A stretch of 64,000 bases of DNA. It comes from Okamejei kenojei. Taxonomy: Eukaryota. The position numbers and the translations under genes are program-made. Shown in pieces: positions 60,068-64,000 of the stretch. Positions within the stretch are counted from its first letter, which is position 1. Each line of letters opens with the position of its first letter. Where the stretch lies: positions 8,680,001-8,744,000 of the forward strand of contig CM069145.1 of assembly GCA_035221665.1 (NCBI GenBank), written 5' to 3'. Under the pieces are notes generated by a model. That model had not been told where the DNA came from, did not search any database, and was given only the letters and a program-made list of their open reading frames with translations.

Positions 60068-61958
60068 TCTATATACTTTTGAAACTCTGTGTGTGTGTGG
60101 GTGTATGTCATTTTTCATTTTGCCTTTGATTTTGCCTTTGATTTGTTACTCCGCAAAAACCAGACGCAAAAGCGCCGAGATTTTTACCTTTTACATTCGC
60201 AAATCCACTCCTTATTAAATTTAGTCATTTTTCTGTACACATTTTTAATAAAATCCTTCACAAAACCTACTAAATTCTTTGAATCAGCGGGTGCCGACGT
60301 CACAATGCCCTTATGCTTGTGGCACCGCCACCCGCTCTCTATTCACGAAGACGCTGTGATCGCACTTTCAATCACCCCCCCCACCCCATTCAGTCATTTT
60401 TTCGCCTCCCGCTGGCCACATTCTTATTGCGTGCCCCGCATGACGATAACGGCTACTGCCGCCCGGCTCTCCACCACTATCCCTCTCCCCCCCCCCGGCC
60501 TGGCTCTGTAACGCTGGCGGAAGCCACAGATTGGCTGGTACCCCCTGCTGCTTTTCGCCGTCCCATCTGGTGGACTCGGGATCATGCCCGCCCACTCCGC
60601 CTGCCCACTCTGCCCGCTCCAACCACCCCCCCTCCCCGTACTCGGGGTCTGAAGCGCCGAGGATGCGAGGCCATGGAGCTGAGGCTCATTCTGAGGCCGA
60701 CGGCTGCTGGGCGGCCCCATCCTTCTACTCCCTCCCTTCTTCCCCCTCCCTTCTCCCCTCCCCTCTCTCCCCTCCACCCTTTCTCCCCCTCCCCTCTCTC
60801 CCCCCTCGCTCTCTCCCCCCCTCTCTCTCTCTCTCCCCCCTCTCTCTCGATCGGCCGGCCATCTGCTGCTTTTGATCAACCGCCCTGCTCGCACCAGCAG
60901 GGTCGCCCGCTCAAAAAAATGCCGCAAATCGGAAACCCCAGCTCCAAAAGGCAGGAAGTTCCCCTGCCTCTGTGTCCCTCTCTGTGTGTCCCTCTCTGTG
61001 TGTCCCTCTCTGTGTGCCTCCATTACCCTCTCTGTGTGTGCCTCCATGTCCCTCCGTGACCCTCTCTGTGTGGCTTTGTGCTCCTCTCTGTGTGGCTCCG
61101 TGCCCCTCTCTGTGTGCCTCTGTGTGCCTCTGTGTCCTTCTCTGTGCCTCCGTGTCCTTCTCTGTGCCTCCGTGCCCCTCTCTGTGTGCCTCCATGCCCC
61201 TCTCTGTGCCCCTCTCTGTGCCTCTGTGTCCTTCTCTGTGCCTCCGTGTCCTTCTCTGTGCCTCCGTGTCCTTCTCTGTGCCTCCGTGCCCCTCTCTGTG
61301 TGCCTCCGTGACCCTCTCTGTGTGCCTCCGTGACCCTCTCTGTGTGCCTCCGTGACCCTCTCTGTGTGCCTCTGTGTCCCTCTCTGTGCCTCCGTGTCTC
61401 CCCCTCTGTGCCTCCGTGTCTCCCCCTCTGTGCCTCCGTGTCTCCCCCTCTGTGCCTCCGTGTCTCTCTCTGTGCCTCTGTGTCTCTCTCTGTGCCTCTG
61501 TGTCTCTCTCTGTGCCTCTGTGTGTCTCTCTCTGTGCCTCCGTGTCTCTCTCTGTGTGCCTCCGTGTCTCTCTCTGTGTGCCTCTGTGTCCCTCTCTGTG
61601 CCTCCGTGTCTCTCTCTGTGCCTCCGTGTCTCTCTCTGTGCCTCTGTGTCTCCCTCTCTGTGCCTCTGTCTCCCTCTCTGTGCCTTCGTCTCCCTCTCTG
61701 TGCCTCCGTCTCCCCCTCCGTGCCTGCGAATTGGGGGCTATATGTGAGTGGATAGGGCAGGGCATGGGGTAAAAGGAGTGAATTAATAATATTAATATAA
61801 TATCAATGGGGGTGGTTAGTGTGTGTGTGTGAGGGGTGGTTAGCTTGTATGTGTGTGTGAAAGGTTGGTTATTGTGTGTGTGTGATGCCTCAGGCCACCC
61901 CCTCCCCTCGCAACTGTGCGTTGAAGGAACAGACCCAACGGGTCTGCACTTGGTCTAG
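60068..61958 (+). mobile_element. Non-autonomous Helitron 2
   Basis: 5' A|TCTATATACT; 3' hairpin CAGACCC-AAC-GGGTCTG (61930-61946) then CACTTGGTCTAG|T; inserted between A and T. Confidence 0.87.
60965..61722. repeat. Complex CT/GT-rich micro/minisatellite inside Helitron 2
   Basis: Variants of CTCTGTGCCTCCGTGTC(TC)n. Confidence 0.95.
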
Positions 61959-62354
61959 TTCTTTTCTAAAAATGAAGAGTCCTTGGTCAAATAAAGCTAG
62001 TGCAGTGAGTTATGACTGGTGCCAAGATATCAGTTCACAAGTTCTCGATGCATTGCCTGTGGTTACAAAGCAGTTGTACATAATGCAGATGTTTATCAGT
62101 TATAAATAGTGTGGAGCACACAAGGCAATGTGCAAGTTGCAGCTCAGGAGAACACAGATAGGTGGCATTTTGGGTTGGGACCCTTCTTTAGGCTGATTGT
62201 GGGAGCTGGTGGAGGGGGGGGGTTGAAAGGGAAAGCTGGAGGAGAGGCGGGACATGAAAAAATGTGGCTGAACCTAGACCAACACAGGTGTGGAGAGTTC
62301 ATTGATAGGCAGATGGTTGGATAAAGGCCAGAGATGAAAGATAAGTGGGGAGTC

Positions 62355-64000
62355 ATACAGTGTGGAAACAAGCCCTTCAGCCCGACTTGCTCACGCCGAC
62401 CAACATGCTCCATCTACATTTTTCCCATCTACCTGTGTTTGACCCATATCCCTCCAGACCTGTCCTATTATTCAGGTAACAAAAGCCTTGTCCTTATCCA
62501 AATGTTTTTTAAACATTGTGGTTTTATGGTGCCCCAATTACCTCCTCTGGCAGTTCGTTCCATATACCTACTACAATTTGTATAAAAATATTTGCCCCTT
62601 TGGTTCCTATTAATTCTTTCCCTCCTCACCTTGTGCCTACGTCCTCTGGTTCTTGATTGCCCTACTCTAGGTAAAAGGCTCTATTTATTACATGATCTTA
62701 AACACCTCTATAATATCACCCCTGATCCTCCTGTGCCCCAAGGAATAATGTTCTAGCCTACCCAGCCTCTCCCTATAGCTCAGGCGCTCGAGTCCTGGAA
62801 ACATCCTTGTAAATCTTTTCTGCACCCATTCCAGTTTATCAACAGTGACACTGATCAAAACTGCACACAATGCACCAAATATGGCCTCACCAATGTCTCA
62901 TGCACACTTTTGTACCATGACCTCCCAATTTCTATACTCATTACTCTGACTGATGAAGGCCAATTTGCCAAAAGCTATCTTTACCTGTGACGCCACTTTC
63001 AAGAAATTATATACCTGCACTCCTAGATCCCTCTGCTCTACAACACTAGATCCCTCTGCTCTACAACACTCTCCACAGCCCTGCCGTTCACTGTGTGGGT
63101 CCTTCCCTTGTTAAACTTCCCAAAATGCAACACCTCGCACTTCTCCATAAAACTCCATCAACCATTCCTCAGCCCACCTGCCCAACTGATCAAGATCATG
63201 CTGCAATTTTTGACATCCATGTTCACTATCCACAATATTACCACTTTAGTAAGCAAATGTACTAATCATGTCTTGCCTCAATCATGCCTTGTACGATCTC
63301 ATACACATCATTGGTATAGATGATAAACAGCAATGTCCCAGCACTGAACCCTGAGGTACACCACTGGTCACAGGCCTTGAGTCTGAAAATAAAACCTTCC
63401 ACCATGATCCTCTGCTTCCTTCAATGAAGCCAATTTTTCTATCCTGTCAGCAAGGTCTCCTTGGATCCCAGGTGATCTAACCTTCCACAGCAGTGCACCA
63501 TGCAGAAACATCAAATGCCTTGCTGAAATCTATATACATGTCTACAGCTCTGCCCTCATCACCCTTTTTGGCCACATCTTCAAATAACTCAATCAGACTC
63601 GCGAGGCACGATCTCCCCGTACAAAACCGTGCTGACTATCCCTTATCAACCTTGTCCATCTAAATTCATGTTTATCAAATCGCTCAGAATGTTCTCTAGT
63701 ATATTTCTGACCACAGATGTTGGACTCTCTGCCTTATAGTTCCCAGGCTTCTCCATGCAGCCCTTCTTAATTAGGGGCTTCCCACAAATGTCCTTGGATA
63801 TATCTGATCATGGCTGGGAGATTTGTCTACCTTCATACATGTTAAGACGTTCAGCACCTCCTTAACCATAACACCAACTGACCTCAAATGCTCCCATTGA
63901 CTGTCCCAATCAAGATCCCCAGTCTTCAAGTCTTTCTCCATGATAAAAACAGAAGAAACATACTCATTGTGGACCTTGCCCATCTGAAACTCTGCACAGC
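62355..64000 (-). mobile_element. Old CR1 LINE, running off the window end
   Basis: VQKRFTRMFPGLERLSYRERLGRL..RRIRGDIIEVFKIM; KVDKSPSHDQIYPR near 63800. Confidence 0.85.

Noticed and set aside
60313-61772. Long ORFs of 130-284 aa on both strands
   Set aside because: Translations of low-complexity CT/GT repeats inside Helitron 2.

Overview
Repeat-dense vertebrate genomic DNA, most likely a cartilaginous fish such as a skate or ray (inferred from the HE1-type SINEs, CR1/HER1-type LINEs and the TdT sequence). The only host coding sequence I can support is four internal + strand exons of DNTT (terminal deoxynucleotidyl transferase, X-family polymerase) at 961-11213. I found no downstream exon in the remaining ~52.8 kb. 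The rest is mobile DNA: CR1 and Rex1/Babar LINE fragments, tRNA-derived V-SINEs, about 30 short Penelope-like (PLE) 3'-end repeats carrying minimal hammerhead ribozyme motifs, PIF/Harbinger MITEs plus a transposase fossil, an 8-bp-TSD DNA transposon, a Gypsy pol/3'LTR fragment fused inside a CR1, two end-complete DIRS1 tyrosine-recombinase retrotransposons, a HERO-type RLE retrotransposon fragment and two tandem non-autonomous Helitrons. The most notable observation is a ~150-bp TSD-flanked retroposed element (46660-46809, minus strand). Its 5' end folds as a complete minimal HDV-like ribozyme starting exactly at the predicted self-cleavage site and it ends in a (GAA)n tail, so it is a candidate ribozyme-headed SINE. 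All calls were made by eye; no database searches or folding programs were run, and repeat boundaries without a stated TSD are approximate.
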